Below, piece after piece: positions 16,003 through 24,963 of a stretch of 45,791 nt of DNA. The stretch is from Lachnospiraceae bacterium (GTDB lineage Bacteria > Bacillota > Clostridia > Lachnospirales > Lachnospiraceae): positions 1-45,791 of the forward strand of contig JAZUGA010000087.1 in assembly GCA_045640945.1 (NCBI GenBank), given 5' to 3'. The translations under genes were made by a program, and so were the position numbers. A model generated the notes under the pieces. The model did not search any database. It worked only from the letters and a program-made list of their open reading frames with translations, and had not been told where the DNA came from. Numbering within the stretch: the first letter of the stretch is position 1; every line of letters begins with the position of its first letter.

Positions 16003-19000
16003 TTAACGCTTAGCAGATGATTTTCTATTTAATCTAATTACTTTTTTTATTGCAATTCCCATTCCAGCAAGTGCAATCACCATTGCGATTCCATAAGGAA
16101 GTGCATTGTTGGTATCGCCTGTGTCTACGACAGAATTGTTCCCTTTGCTTTCTATTTTTATTTTGATGCTCTCTACGGCAGAATCGTTCTGATTCTTATC
16201 GCCCTTCACATAATAGAACACGTAATATTCTCCGGCATTTTTCGCTTCCGGTATATCGGTGGACCAGCCACTTTCCGGACACGAATCGGTCTCACTTAAT
16301 ACATAATACAATGTTCCATATTCACAGCTGCCCGGAATAACAAGTTTCTGATTTGTGCCATCATATGTCAGGCCTTCTTTTGCTTTTGGATCAATGATGC
16401 TCGGAATGTCCCTCTTCTTTATCTCTGCCTTTATGCAGAAAATCGGACTATCGGCATGAGTGTCATCACCCGCTGCATAAAAGTGAATATAGTAGGTTCC
16501 CGCATTGATTCTGGTATCTATGTTGTCCTTGAATTCGCTCTTATCCGGCACATCCTCTGAATCAGTAACTGCATATTTCATGGTTCCGCCTTCAGCCGTT
16601 CCTTCGTCAGCAAGAACATATGGGTCACCATCATAAACGAGTTCCTGTGCCTGAGGCGGCGTCATAACCTTTGCAAAATTACCTTCCCAGCTGGCGTATA
16701 GTGTCATGTTGTCGGACACTGTGTAATTTTCAAAATCCCATGCATTCACACATTCCGATTCCATAAACCATCCCTTAAATATCATCTTGGCTGCCGATGG
16801 GTCTGCAGGTTTTGTAACCTTCATGCCTGGTATTACATTAACAGGAGCAATCTGCACACCATAACCGTTCATATCATAAGTTACCTTGAACTCAGCGCTC
16901 GCAGACAGAATCTTTGCCTCAACAACTTCCGGTTTCGTACTTATATAATTGACAGGGTATAACTCATCCTCTTCTACATATACGAAATAGTGGACATAGT
17001 ACGTGCCAGCATCGGTAGCCTTCGGAATCTCTGTGCTCCACGCTTCGTCAGTCACAACATCGTCTGCATTATTTGTAAGTGCGTATTTCATTGTAGTTTC
17101 TGCCGCAGTGGTGCTTCCGGCAGTAACAAGTTCCTGTGGATTTCCGTTAGTCACCAGATTTTCTTTGGCCTGAGGTGCCGTATAAGGCGGTTCGATTTTG
17201 GCAATTTTCACTTCAATGCGATAATTGTCATCAAGGACATCCGAACGACCATAGTCCGTGTGACACTCATCGCCGTCCACATAGTAATAAACAAAATATT
17301 TTCCCGCATCCGTTGGTTTATAAATAGTATCCTCCCACGGGATCACACCATATATAGTTTCGTTTTCCCTCAGAACAACATACTGCATCTTGCCGCCTTT
17401 CGTCGTTCCTTCATATGCGATTTTCTGAGGACTTCCCGTATATTTCAGACCCTCAATCGGCTCAGGTGGAGTGCACGTTGCCTGCTGAATCTTTTTCCAC
17501 TGGGCATAAAGAACATGATCTCCCTTTTTTGTCACCATGGTGTCCGCTGTGATTTCTTCACCACCCACATCATATGTGAACCATCCAATAAACGCATAAC
17601 CTTCGCGCTCAGGTTCCGTCGTCGGAAGAACATAGTTCAAACCATATGTTTCTTCAATGCCTTCACTGTAAACTTCATCCGATCCATTGCCCATGAATGT
17701 TACATTGCATTTAACAGCAGGACCTCCGATCCATTTCGCATAGAGCGTTGTATTTCCTGTGATGGATGTAGTGAAATCAAACTGATTTCCATCTGTGCAT
17801 GCTTTGTCTGTATACCAGCCGACGAAAACATAGTCTGTTTCGGTCGGGTTCGCAGGCTTCGGAACAGTATCTCCGTCATTTACAGTCTTGCTCTCGACCT
17901 GTGTTCCGTGTCCGTTCATAACAAAATTAACGTTCCATTGTCCTGCAGGTGGTTCCGGTATCTGCTCTGTCCACAGAGCGTATAAAGTTATGTCATCTTT
18001 TATCGGTGTATTAAAATCGAACTCTGTTATGCATTCCGGCTCACAGTACCAGCCTTCAAAGCCCCAACCGCCAACCTCGTCAATCGGAGTTTCCGGTTTT
18101 TCAGCTTTTCCGCCGTAAGGTATTGTATCCTGGGCCGGAACCTGCTCCCCGTGCCCATTCATATGAAAGCTTACTGTATATGGACGAACAGGCGGACCGA
18201 TCTTAGTCCAACCTGCATACAAAGTCATATCTTCCAATACAGGCTCATTCATGTCATAAAACTGTGTGCAGTCAGAGTCCTCAAACCATCCTACGAACTC
18301 TGCAGCATCATCCGGATCAACAGGTTGCGGATTTTCAGGCTTAGTGATGGAATCTCCGTCTTTAACTGTCTGCGGTTCAATAGTTTCCTTGGTATCCTGA
18401 CCATTCATGTCAAACTCAACTTTGTGGTCATCAACCTTGATTACAACTGTCTGATAATAATTATTGTAATAAGTTTTGTCTCCCTCGGTTTTTTCCAATT
18501 TGCAGAGATAATACAAGGTATAAACCGTCTGATTCGCGTCCTCATCCCTTACTTTATCCATTTGTTCAAGGCTGATGCTTTTGCACTGACTGCTGTTAGA
18601 GTACAAAAGCATTGAATCTTCGTTAATAAGGAAGCCCACTTTGGAATCGATGGTAATCACCCTTCCGGTCTTGTCTGATTCGACTCTGTAATTTATCCCA
18701 GATCCCGGAACTCTGATACCGTCCTTGTCAACCAGAGCTTCATAATTCAGGTTGACCGCAGCCATCTCTCTGGTGTTGTGGGTCAGTACGAATACAGGAG
18801 TGTCGCCATCATCGGAAAGGACAAACAGTTTCTGCACCTTTTTGTAGTCACTTAATGTATCGGAGTCATACGCTTCTCCGCCGAAAAAGCAGACGGAATA
18901 GTCCTTATCATTTATATTTTCATAAAATTTGTAATCAACATATGTCTGATCCCGGTCCATCGGGAAGTTGCAGAAGGATGAAGCAACACCCACCCACGCA

Positions 19001-20070
19001 TGGCTATCCGGTGATGTATCAATGTCAGACTTAATTTCAATGGCATCGTACTGTGGATCGCAGAAAACGTCCGTTGCTCCGTTTGCTCCGTTTTCGTATA
19101 TCTGCACGCTTCCGCCAATAATCGCTGTACTGTCGCTGACCCATGGATCCTTTCTGTGCACATAAACACCACCGCCCTGTTTCTCACTAGCCCAGTTCTT
19201 TGTGATCACCAGAGTTCCTTCCAGCTCAACGCCATCCGAATTATCGGACATATAAATGCCGCCACCATACTTTGCTTCGTTTTGATAAATCTTTCCACCG
19301 GAAAGAATTGCTTTTCCCGATCCAAAAGTAGTATATTTTCCGCCGTCATCAAAATAGATGCCACCGCCGGAAGCAGCAGCAGTATTATGATGAATTTCTC
19401 CACCGGTCATTTCAAATACCGTGGAACTGCCGCCGTCATAATAAACTCCGCCACCACAGCCGTTATAATCGCCCTGATTTTCTGCAGTATTATAGCAAAT
19501 CTCGCCACCGGTCATGACAAAGCTTCCTTCATCAACGAGAACTCCAGAGCCCCATCCGGAATAAACATTGTCACGAATGGCACCGCCGTCCATTGTAAAT
19601 TTTCCGTCCTCAATATAAACGACCCTGGTTTTAAGGTCATCATTTCCCTTCAACGTTCCGCTTTTCAGAACCAGCTCCGCATCGTCATCGTCAACGGCAA
19701 TTACAGCTTTGTATTTAGCGGATGTTTTGGTGATTTGAATGTATCCTCCGCCAACGCTGTCCACAATGGTCAGTTTTGCATCATCGGTCACACGGAAAAT
19801 GTATTCTGCATCGCTGCCAACGCCTTTAATGCAGTGTCCGTTCAGGTCAATGGTAATATTATTGCTGTCCTTAAGAACATAGCCACCCCACTCAATGGAT
19901 ACATCTCGGTCCAGAACCACGGTGCCACTATCCTTGATTGCAGCATCCCAGCTGTTCCAGAATTCATCGCCCGTACCCACATGATGTTCATTGCCCGCTG
20001 CCAATACCACAAGCGGCATGCAGCATAAGATTATCAGAATTGTCAAAAAAATCAGGAATTTTTTCTTCAT
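16003..20070 (-). CDS. Giant secreted, membrane- or wall-anchored surface protein (beta-helix region, five Listeria-Bacteroides/InlB-B-type repeats, four Ig-like repeats)
   Basis: 1355 aa.
- The signal peptide is MKKKFLIFLTILIILCCMPLVVLAAG.
- GGG[IV]Y repeats typical of parallel beta-helix or Pmp-like proteins follow.
- Five V.F..NG....Q.V..G....P..P...GY.F.GW...LYA.W modules are present.
- Four Y.G..Q.....G......Y.....W....P...AG.YYV.Y modules are present.
- The C-terminus has a hydrophobic helix plus a KKVIRLNRKSSAKR tail. Confidence 0.85.
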   Translation of the reverse strand: MKKKFLIFLTILIILCCMPLVVLAAGNEHHVGTGDEFWNSWDAAIKDSGTVVLDRDVSIEWGGYVLKDSNNITIDLNGHCIKGVGSDAEYIFRVTDDAKLTIVDSVGGGYIQITKTSAKYKAVIAVDDDDAELVLKSGTLKGNDDLKTRVVYIEDGKFTMDGGAIRDNVYSGWGSGVLVDEGSFVMTGGEICYNTAENQGDYNGCGGGVYYDGGSSTVFEMTGGEIHHNTAAASGGGIYFDDGGKYTTFGSGKAILSGGKIYQNEAKYGGGIYMSDNSDGVELEGTLVITKNWASEKQGGGVYVHRKDPWVSDSTAIIGGSVQIYENGANGATDVFCDPQYDAIEIKSDIDTSPDSHAWVGVASSFCNFPMDRDQTYVDYKFYENINDKDYSVCFFGGEAYDSDTLSDYKKVQKLFVLSDDGDTPVFVLTHNTREMAAVNLNYEALVDKDGIRVPGSGINYRVESDKTGRVITIDSKVGFLINEDSMLLYSNSSQCKSISLEQMDKVRDEDANQTVYTLYYLCKLEKTEGDKTYYNNYYQTVVIKVDDHKVEFDMNGQDTKETIEPQTVKDGDSITKPENPQPVDPDDAAEFVGWFEDSDCTQFYDMNEPVLEDMTLYAGWTKIGPPVRPYTVSFHMNGHGEQVPAQDTIPYGGKAEKPETPIDEVGGWGFEGWYCEPECITEFDFNTPIKDDITLYALWTEQIPEPPAGQWNVNFVMNGHGTQVESKTVNDGDTVPKPANPTETDYVFVGWYTDKACTDGNQFDFTTSITGNTTLYAKWIGGPAVKCNVTFMGNGSDEVYSEGIEETYGLNYVLPTTEPEREGYAFIGWFTYDVGGEEITADTMVTKKGDHVLYAQWKKIQQATCTPPEPIEGLKYTGSPQKIAYEGTTKGGKMQYVVLRENETIYGVIPWEDTIYKPTDAGKYFVYYYVDGDECHTDYGRSDVLDDNYRIEVKIAKIEPPYTAPQAKENLVTNGNPQELVTAGSTTAAETTMKYALTNNADDVVTDEAWSTEIPKATDAGTYYVHYFVYVEEDELYPVNYISTKPEVVEAKILSASAEFKVTYDMNGYGVQIAPVNVIPGMKVTKPADPSAAKMIFKGWFMESECVNAWDFENYTVSDNMTLYASWEGNFAKVMTPPQAQELVYDGDPYVLADEGTAEGGTMKYAVTDSEDVPDKSEFKDNIDTRINAGTYYIHFYAAGDDTHADSPIFCIKAEIKKRDIPSIIDPKAKEGLTYDGTNQKLVIPGSCEYGTLYYVLSETDSCPESGWSTDIPEAKNAGEYYVFYYVKGDKNQNDSAVESIKIKIESKGNNSVVDTGDTNNALPYGIAMVIALAGMGIAIKKVIRLNRKSSAKR

Positions 20071-20199
20071 AATAAATTCTCTACCTTTTCTTATAGTTAC
20101 AGTCCACCTATACCTATATATCGCCCATTCTTTTATCGGAATTATTTTATCACATTTTAAGTCTTTAATATATAGTTTTGAATTCGTCTGCTCTTTAGA

Positions 20200-20239
20200 A
20201 AAAAAATAGCGGAAATCCTTGATTTACTGGATTTCCGCT
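20200..20239 (-). terminator. Rho-independent terminator of tRNA-Gln (copy B)
   Basis: Perfect 11-bp stem agcggaaatcc/ggatttccgct (20208..20239), followed on the minus strand by a U run (plus-strand aaaaaaaat). Confidence 0.8.
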
Positions 20240-20249
20240 TTTTCTAGAA

Positions 20250-20321
20250 CAGGGCTAGGAGGATTCGAACCTCCAGATGACGGAGTCAGAGTCCGTTGCC
20301 TTACCATTTGGCGATAGCCCT
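20250..20321 (-). tRNA. tRNA-Gln (anticodon CUG)
   Basis: The minus strand reads AGGGCTA-TC-GCCAAATGGTAAGGC-A-ACGGA-CTCTGAC-TCCGT-CATC-TGGAGGTTCGAATCCTCC-TAGCCCT-G. It folds as a cloverleaf with a GGAGG/CCTCC T stem, a TTCGAAT T loop and anticodon loop CU-CUG-AC. CCA is not encoded. Confidence 0.92.
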
Positions 20322-20336
20322 TCAGCAACAGTCGTC

Positions 20337-20365
20337 ATTATAAATCAGGACTGCTTTGAAGTCAA
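20337..20365 (-). promoter_or_regulatory. Consensus sigma-A promoter of tRNA-Gln
   Basis: Minus strand has TTGACT (20365..20360), a 17-nt spacer, then TATAAT (20342..20337), about 15 nt upstream of the mature tRNA 5' end. Confidence 0.75.
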
Positions 20366-20384
20366 CGAAAAAATAAAATTTTTC

Positions 20385-21386
20385 TTAATCATACGAAACT
20401 TTCAATAAATAGAATTCCATCAGCGAAGTCAGAATCATGGCGATGATAAAAGCCGCCAGGAAAGACCATTTCAGAGAAACGGTAATCACAAAACAGATGA
20501 GGGAATAAATGGCGTATCGGAAGATGGAAAAAATCAGTCTCCTCGTTCCCGGAGTGTATTTAATGTTGCGGAATATGGTGTAGCGTTCTACGACAAAATA
20601 CAGCAGCGCATAGACGCCCCAGCACAGGAAAACGGTTTCAAAAATATAACGTGGTCCGAAAATAGACTGACTGATAATTACCATAATCAGATTCAGCAGA
20701 ATACCGATAAGCGCGAACCTTTCCGTCTCAAAAAATCTGCGGTAAATCCGCAGGGTATCCAATAACGGGCGGAAATGGGTATTGGAATTATTGTCAAAAT
20801 AGATGGCTTCAATTTCGATTTTGCCTACTTTAATCCCCTGCTTTTCTGCAATAAGAAGCAGATTCAGTTCATAATCATATTTCTCCCCCGACACGTTCAG
20901 CATCCAGTCGATATGCTTGACAGAAAAGCCACGGAGGCCGGACTGGTTATCCGGAAGATAATGGTTGTTGGCCAAGCAGAAGAAGAAACGGGACAAAGCA
21001 TTTCCGATTCGTGATTTAAAAGGAGTCTTTGCATGTTTTAACAGACGGACGGATAATACGAAGTCCTTTCCTTTTTCCAGTTCTTCACGGATCCGGCAGA
21101 TATCGGATACCATATGCTGACCGTCCGAATCTGCTGTAATGAAAAAGTCTGCCTCTGGAAACTCCTCCTGGATGCAACGCATTCCGTTTTTCAGGGCCGC
21201 GCCTTTTCCCAGGTTCTTCGGGTGACGGAAGATTTTACAATTCAGGTTTTCAAAAAAGCACTGACATTCTTCCTTACTTCCATCGTCTACTACCAGACAT
21301 TGGAAATTCTTTTCTGTCAGCTCATCTACCAGTTTCTTTAATTGTTCTCCCGGGTTGTACGCCGGAATCAAAACAACCGTCTTCAT
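20385..21386 (-). CDS. Family-2 glycosyltransferase fused to a C-terminal 4-TM GtrA-like domain (polyprenyl-phosphate glycosyltransferase-like)
   Basis: 333 aa with the GT2 motifs VLIPAYNP, VVDDGS and ADSDGQH. The last 110 or so residues form four hydrophobic helices. Confidence 0.75.
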   Translation of the reverse strand: MKTVVLIPAYNPGEQLKKLVDELTEKNFQCLVVDDGSKEECQCFFENLNCKIFRHPKNLGKGAALKNGMRCIQEEFPEADFFITADSDGQHMVSDICRIREELEKGKDFVLSVRLLKHAKTPFKSRIGNALSRFFFCLANNHYLPDNQSGLRGFSVKHIDWMLNVSGEKYDYELNLLLIAEKQGIKVGKIEIEAIYFDNNSNTHFRPLLDTLRIYRRFFETERFALIGILLNLIMVIISQSIFGPRYIFETVFLCWGVYALLYFVVERYTIFRNIKYTPGTRRLIFSIFRYAIYSLICFVITVSLKWSFLAAFIIAMILTSLMEFYLLKVSYD

Positions 21387-21390
21387 TCTT

Positions 21391-22377
21391 TCAGCCTTTT
21401 AAATAGCCGCCTTGATTCAGTCTTATGGCTTGATCGATGCAGGACTTAATTGTATTTTCGTTGGCAGCACCATGGGCTTTAATTACCATCTTTTTCGTGC
21501 CTAAAAATACAGCTCCTGCTCTGTTGTTATAATCAAAAGTATCTTTTATTTTTTCTGTAATCAACGGACTGCCTTCTTTCTGGGCAATCTGTGCGCACAT
21601 ATTTCCAGCCTTTTCCAGTCCCTTTAAAATTACATTTCCGGTAAATCCATCACAGACAGCAACGTCCACTTCGCCGCTTAAAATGTCGCCGCCTTCAATG
21701 TTTCCGGCAAATTCATAAGTGGTGCCACTGCATTCCGTCAGTTTATCGTAAACCTCACGGATAAAATCCGTTCCTTTTCCCGGCTCTCTTCCAACATTGA
21801 TCAGACCTACTTTTGGAAGGCCTTCTCTTTTCTCTCCTTTGGAATAAAAAGCAGATGCAAACTCAGCACCCATAGCTGCATAATCTGCAAAGTCTTTTAC
21901 TTTCGGACTCAGATTAGAGCCGCAGTCACACAGGCAGACCCACTTTCCATTTTCGCATAACAGCATGCTGCAAAGTGCCGGCTGCAGAAGACCTTTCTTC
22001 AGGCCTAAGTGGAAACAGGAAGCTACCAGGGCACAGCCCGTAGAGCCAGCCGTTATCATGGCACAGATATCATCCTCTTCCTTCAGGGCTTTGTAAGCCA
22101 GCACCATGGAAGAGTCCGTCTTCTCTTTAATTACGCATCTTGGGTCGTCCTTGTTGGTCACAAAATTCTCCGCCGGAAGGACGGATATGCAGCGATATAA
22201 GTGGTCGATGGCATACCCATTCTGAAACGCTTCTGCTTGTACTACACGCTTTACCAGGGTTGGGTCTGTAACCAACACCAGGTCATATTCACTTTGTTCT
22301 GCTGCAGACTTCACAGCGCCCCGGATCAGCACCTCCGGATTGGAATCTGCGCCAAAAGTATCAATAATAATTTTCAT
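21391..22377 (-). CDS. plsX: Phosphate acyltransferase PlsX family
   Basis: 328 aa, collinear with PlsX: SSMVLA, AGSTG, QPAL, VGL.NVG.E..KG, DGFTGNV.LK and IKAHG. The N-terminal motif is DTFGAD rather than the usual DAMGGD. Confidence 0.82.
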   Translation of the reverse strand: MKIIIDTFGADSNPEVLIRGAVKSAAEQSEYDLVLVTDPTLVKRVVQAEAFQNGYAIDHLYRCISVLPAENFVTNKDDPRCVIKEKTDSSMVLAYKALKEEDDICAMITAGSTGCALVASCFHLGLKKGLLQPALCSMLLCENGKWVCLCDCGSNLSPKVKDFADYAAMGAEFASAFYSKGEKREGLPKVGLINVGREPGKGTDFIREVYDKLTECSGTTYEFAGNIEGGDILSGEVDVAVCDGFTGNVILKGLEKAGNMCAQIAQKEGSPLITEKIKDTFDYNNRAGAVFLGTKKMVIKAHGAANENTIKSCIDQAIRLNQGGYLKG

Positions 22378-22379
22378 AA

Positions 22380-24038
22380 TCAGTCTATCGCAAAAATGTA
22401 ATCATACACTTCCTGACCGCCGTAAATAAATCCATACTCCAGCCAGTCAAATTCTTTACACAATAATTCTTCTATTTTTTCCAGCTCGTCTTCCGGAACA
22501 TTTTTTCCATAGAAAACAGCTGCCACATACTTTTCTTTTATGCCTTCCGTATTTTCCAGCATTTTCCGTACCGCTTCTATCCGGTCCGGATCATCGCTTA
22601 AAACTTTCTCCCGGTCTAAGCCGATATAATCGCCCCTCTTCACGGTCAGTTCCGGATATTCCACATCTCTTACCGCAGTCGTAACCAAGCCCGTCGCCGT
22701 ATCCTTTATGGCATCTTCCATGTCCCGGATAATCCGTTCTGCGCTCTGACTGGAATCGATCATGGATAAAGCAGAATAGCCTTCCGCTACACTCTTGGCT
22801 TTAATTACAACAACTTTCGCCTGGAAATATAATTCAGCTGCCTGTTCTGCTGCCATAACGATGTTGGAATTGCATGGAAGTACAATAATTGTTTCTGCTT
22901 CAATGTTCTCAAAAGCAGCGAGAAAATCTTCCGTCGATGGATTATCGGTCTGTCCGCCTGTTACGATGATATCGACGCCGATTTCCTTAAAATAAGTCTC
23001 CAGGCCTTCGCCCTTGACGCAGGCAACAATCGCCGTATTCTTCACGATTTTCGCCGGTTTCTTCGCCTCTTTTACAATTAAGGTCTCGTTATGCTGCAGA
23101 GACATGTTTTCAATTTTCGTAGTGATATATTCGCCAAACTGCTGACAGAAATTCAGAACATCGCCTGGCTGAAACGTATGGACATGGATTTTTACCAGGT
23201 CGTCATCTTTCACAGCAACTATAGAATTGCCCACCGTCTCCAGAAAATTTACGATGACGGACACATCAAATTCCGGAATATTTACTTTGGAATTCTGAAG
23301 CTGAAGGATGAACTCCGTGCAATAACCGAACTCTAACTCGCTGTCCGCATTGAAAGCAGAAGCATCAAAAGCAGGCTGTTTCGTATTGAACGGAACATTC
23401 TTTGAACCAGTCTCCACATCCAGATCTTCGCCTTTGATGTATTTTTCCACGCCTTCAAAAATATATACAAAGCCGGCGCCGCCAGAATCAATAACTCCCG
23501 CTTCTTTCAAAACGTCTAAAAGCTTCGGCGTCTTCGCCAGAGACTTTCTCATTTCGCAAAGCAATGCAGGAATTGCTTCTTCAAAATCTTCCGGACAATG
23601 ATTTCTTAAGTACTCAAAGCCTTCCCGCATGACCGTCAGCATGGTTCCTTCGGTCGGCTTAATTACAGCGTCATAAGCCTTCTCCACACCTTTACCAAAA
23701 GCGTCACAGAAATCCACTGTTTTCATGGTTTTCTTTCCTTCTACGCCCATAGCAAAGCCTTTAATGAACTGGGAAAGAATAACACCGGAATTTCCACGGG
23801 CGCCTAATAGAACGCCACGGGAAAAGGTTTTCATCAGCTCCGAAACGCTTTCATAAAAGGTTGTGGCCACAGAAGATGCGCCACCTTCTAAAGTCATCCT
23901 CATGTTCGTTCCGGTATCACCATCCGGCACCGGAAAAACATTTAAGGAATCGACTTCGTCCTGATTTATTTTTAAATTGGCAAGGCCAGCCAGAATCGCT
24001 TCCTTTAAGCCTTCGCCATCCACATGAGTGATTGCCAT
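22380..24038 (-). CDS. fakA: DAK2-domain protein YloV/FakA (fatty acid kinase catalytic subunit)
   Basis: 552 aa with an N-terminal Dak2 domain (VPDGDTGTNM, GARGNSGVILSQ) and a C-terminal DegV-like domain. It lies directly downstream of two degV genes. Confidence 0.85.
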   Translation of the reverse strand: MAITHVDGEGLKEAILAGLANLKINQDEVDSLNVFPVPDGDTGTNMRMTLEGGASSVATTFYESVSELMKTFSRGVLLGARGNSGVILSQFIKGFAMGVEGKKTMKTVDFCDAFGKGVEKAYDAVIKPTEGTMLTVMREGFEYLRNHCPEDFEEAIPALLCEMRKSLAKTPKLLDVLKEAGVIDSGGAGFVYIFEGVEKYIKGEDLDVETGSKNVPFNTKQPAFDASAFNADSELEFGYCTEFILQLQNSKVNIPEFDVSVIVNFLETVGNSIVAVKDDDLVKIHVHTFQPGDVLNFCQQFGEYITTKIENMSLQHNETLIVKEAKKPAKIVKNTAIVACVKGEGLETYFKEIGVDIIVTGGQTDNPSTEDFLAAFENIEAETIIVLPCNSNIVMAAEQAAELYFQAKVVVIKAKSVAEGYSALSMIDSSQSAERIIRDMEDAIKDTATGLVTTAVRDVEYPELTVKRGDYIGLDREKVLSDDPDRIEAVRKMLENTEGIKEKYVAAVFYGKNVPEDELEKIEELLCKEFDWLEYGFIYGGQEVYDYIFAID

Positions 24039-24044
24039 TCTTAT

Positions 24045-24935
24045 TTATGCTTCTCCAATAGTTGTCTCTTCTTTACCGACGCAGTAGGAAATAATCGTTC
24101 CCGGGCCTACGGAAGCTCCTACAATCGGTCCAATGTAATCTAAAAATACGCCCTTGCAGCCGGTTTCAGTCTTAATCAGCTCTCCTAATTCCAAAGCAGC
24201 CCCTTCGTCATCTGCATGGGAAATATAAATAATCTGATCTTTTAAATCGATTCCCACTTCCTTCTGGTAAAGGGCGATTTCTTTCTTCGCATTCAGTGCG
24301 CCCTTTGCTTTTTTAATCGCAAAGTTCTGGCCCTTCGCATCGGAAATGATAATCGGTTTGATGCCGATCAGATTTCCAAAGAAAGCGCTGCTGGCCGTTA
24401 CTCGTCCTGCTCTCTTTAAGTAATCCAGTTTTCCTACGGTTCCGCATTGATTTACGCAGTTTCTGTTTTTCAGAAGGAAAGCTTCTACCTCATCCAGGCT
24501 CTTTCCTTCTCTTCGCAGCTCGCTGGCCCACATCAGCTGGATTCCCTGTCCAAAAGAGCTGTTCAGGGAGTCTACGCAGATAATCTTTGCTTCCGGATTT
24601 GCTTCCATTAATTCCTTTGCCACAAGTCTTGCAGTGTTAACGGAACCGGATAAGGCGGAAGAACATGCGACATATAAAACGTCTTTTCCTTCCTGCAGGC
24701 ACTGGCTGAATCTCTCATGATAAGCTTCCGCCGGCACCTGGGTCATCGTGATTCGTTTTCCTTCCCGCATGGCTTCGTAAAACTCATGAGCGCTCATGGC
24801 TTCCCAGTCCAGACTGGCCGGATATTCTTTTCCGTCCAGAACGAAATTCATGGGAACATATTCTATTTCATATTTTTCTCTCAGTTCTTTATTTAAATCG
24901 CAGGTGGAATCTCCAAAAATAACAAAATTCCTCAT
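24045..24935 (-). CDS. DegV-family fatty-acid-binding protein (FakB)
   Basis: The DegV signature is present (I..DS..DL......I..VP, SS.LSG). I trimmed the track ORF, which begins at a GTG, to ATG 24935, which is preceded by AAGGAG. Confidence 0.88.
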   Translation of the reverse strand: MRNFVIFGDSTCDLNKELREKYEIEYVPMNFVLDGKEYPASLDWEAMSAHEFYEAMREGKRITMTQVPAEAYHERFSQCLQEGKDVLYVACSSALSGSVNTARLVAKELMEANPEAKIICVDSLNSSFGQGIQLMWASELRREGKSLDEVEAFLLKNRNCVNQCGTVGKLDYLKRAGRVTASSAFFGNLIGIKPIIISDAKGQNFAIKKAKGALNAKKEIALYQKEVGIDLKDQIIYISHADDEGAALELGELIKTETGCKGVFLDYIGPIVGASVGPGTIISYCVGKEETTIGEA

Positions 24936-24963
24936 GTTCTTCTCCTTTATCACTCTGCTTCAT

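Noticed and set aside
16990-20028. Long plus-strand ORFs (16990..17985, 331 aa; 18151..18615; 19156..20028, 290 aa) antisense to the giant surface-protein gene
   Set aside because: Their translations are low-complexity and rich in Cys, Ile, Phe and Arg, with no motifs or SDs. They lie entirely inside a well-supported minus-strand gene with domain repeats. They are most likely stop-poor antisense frames.
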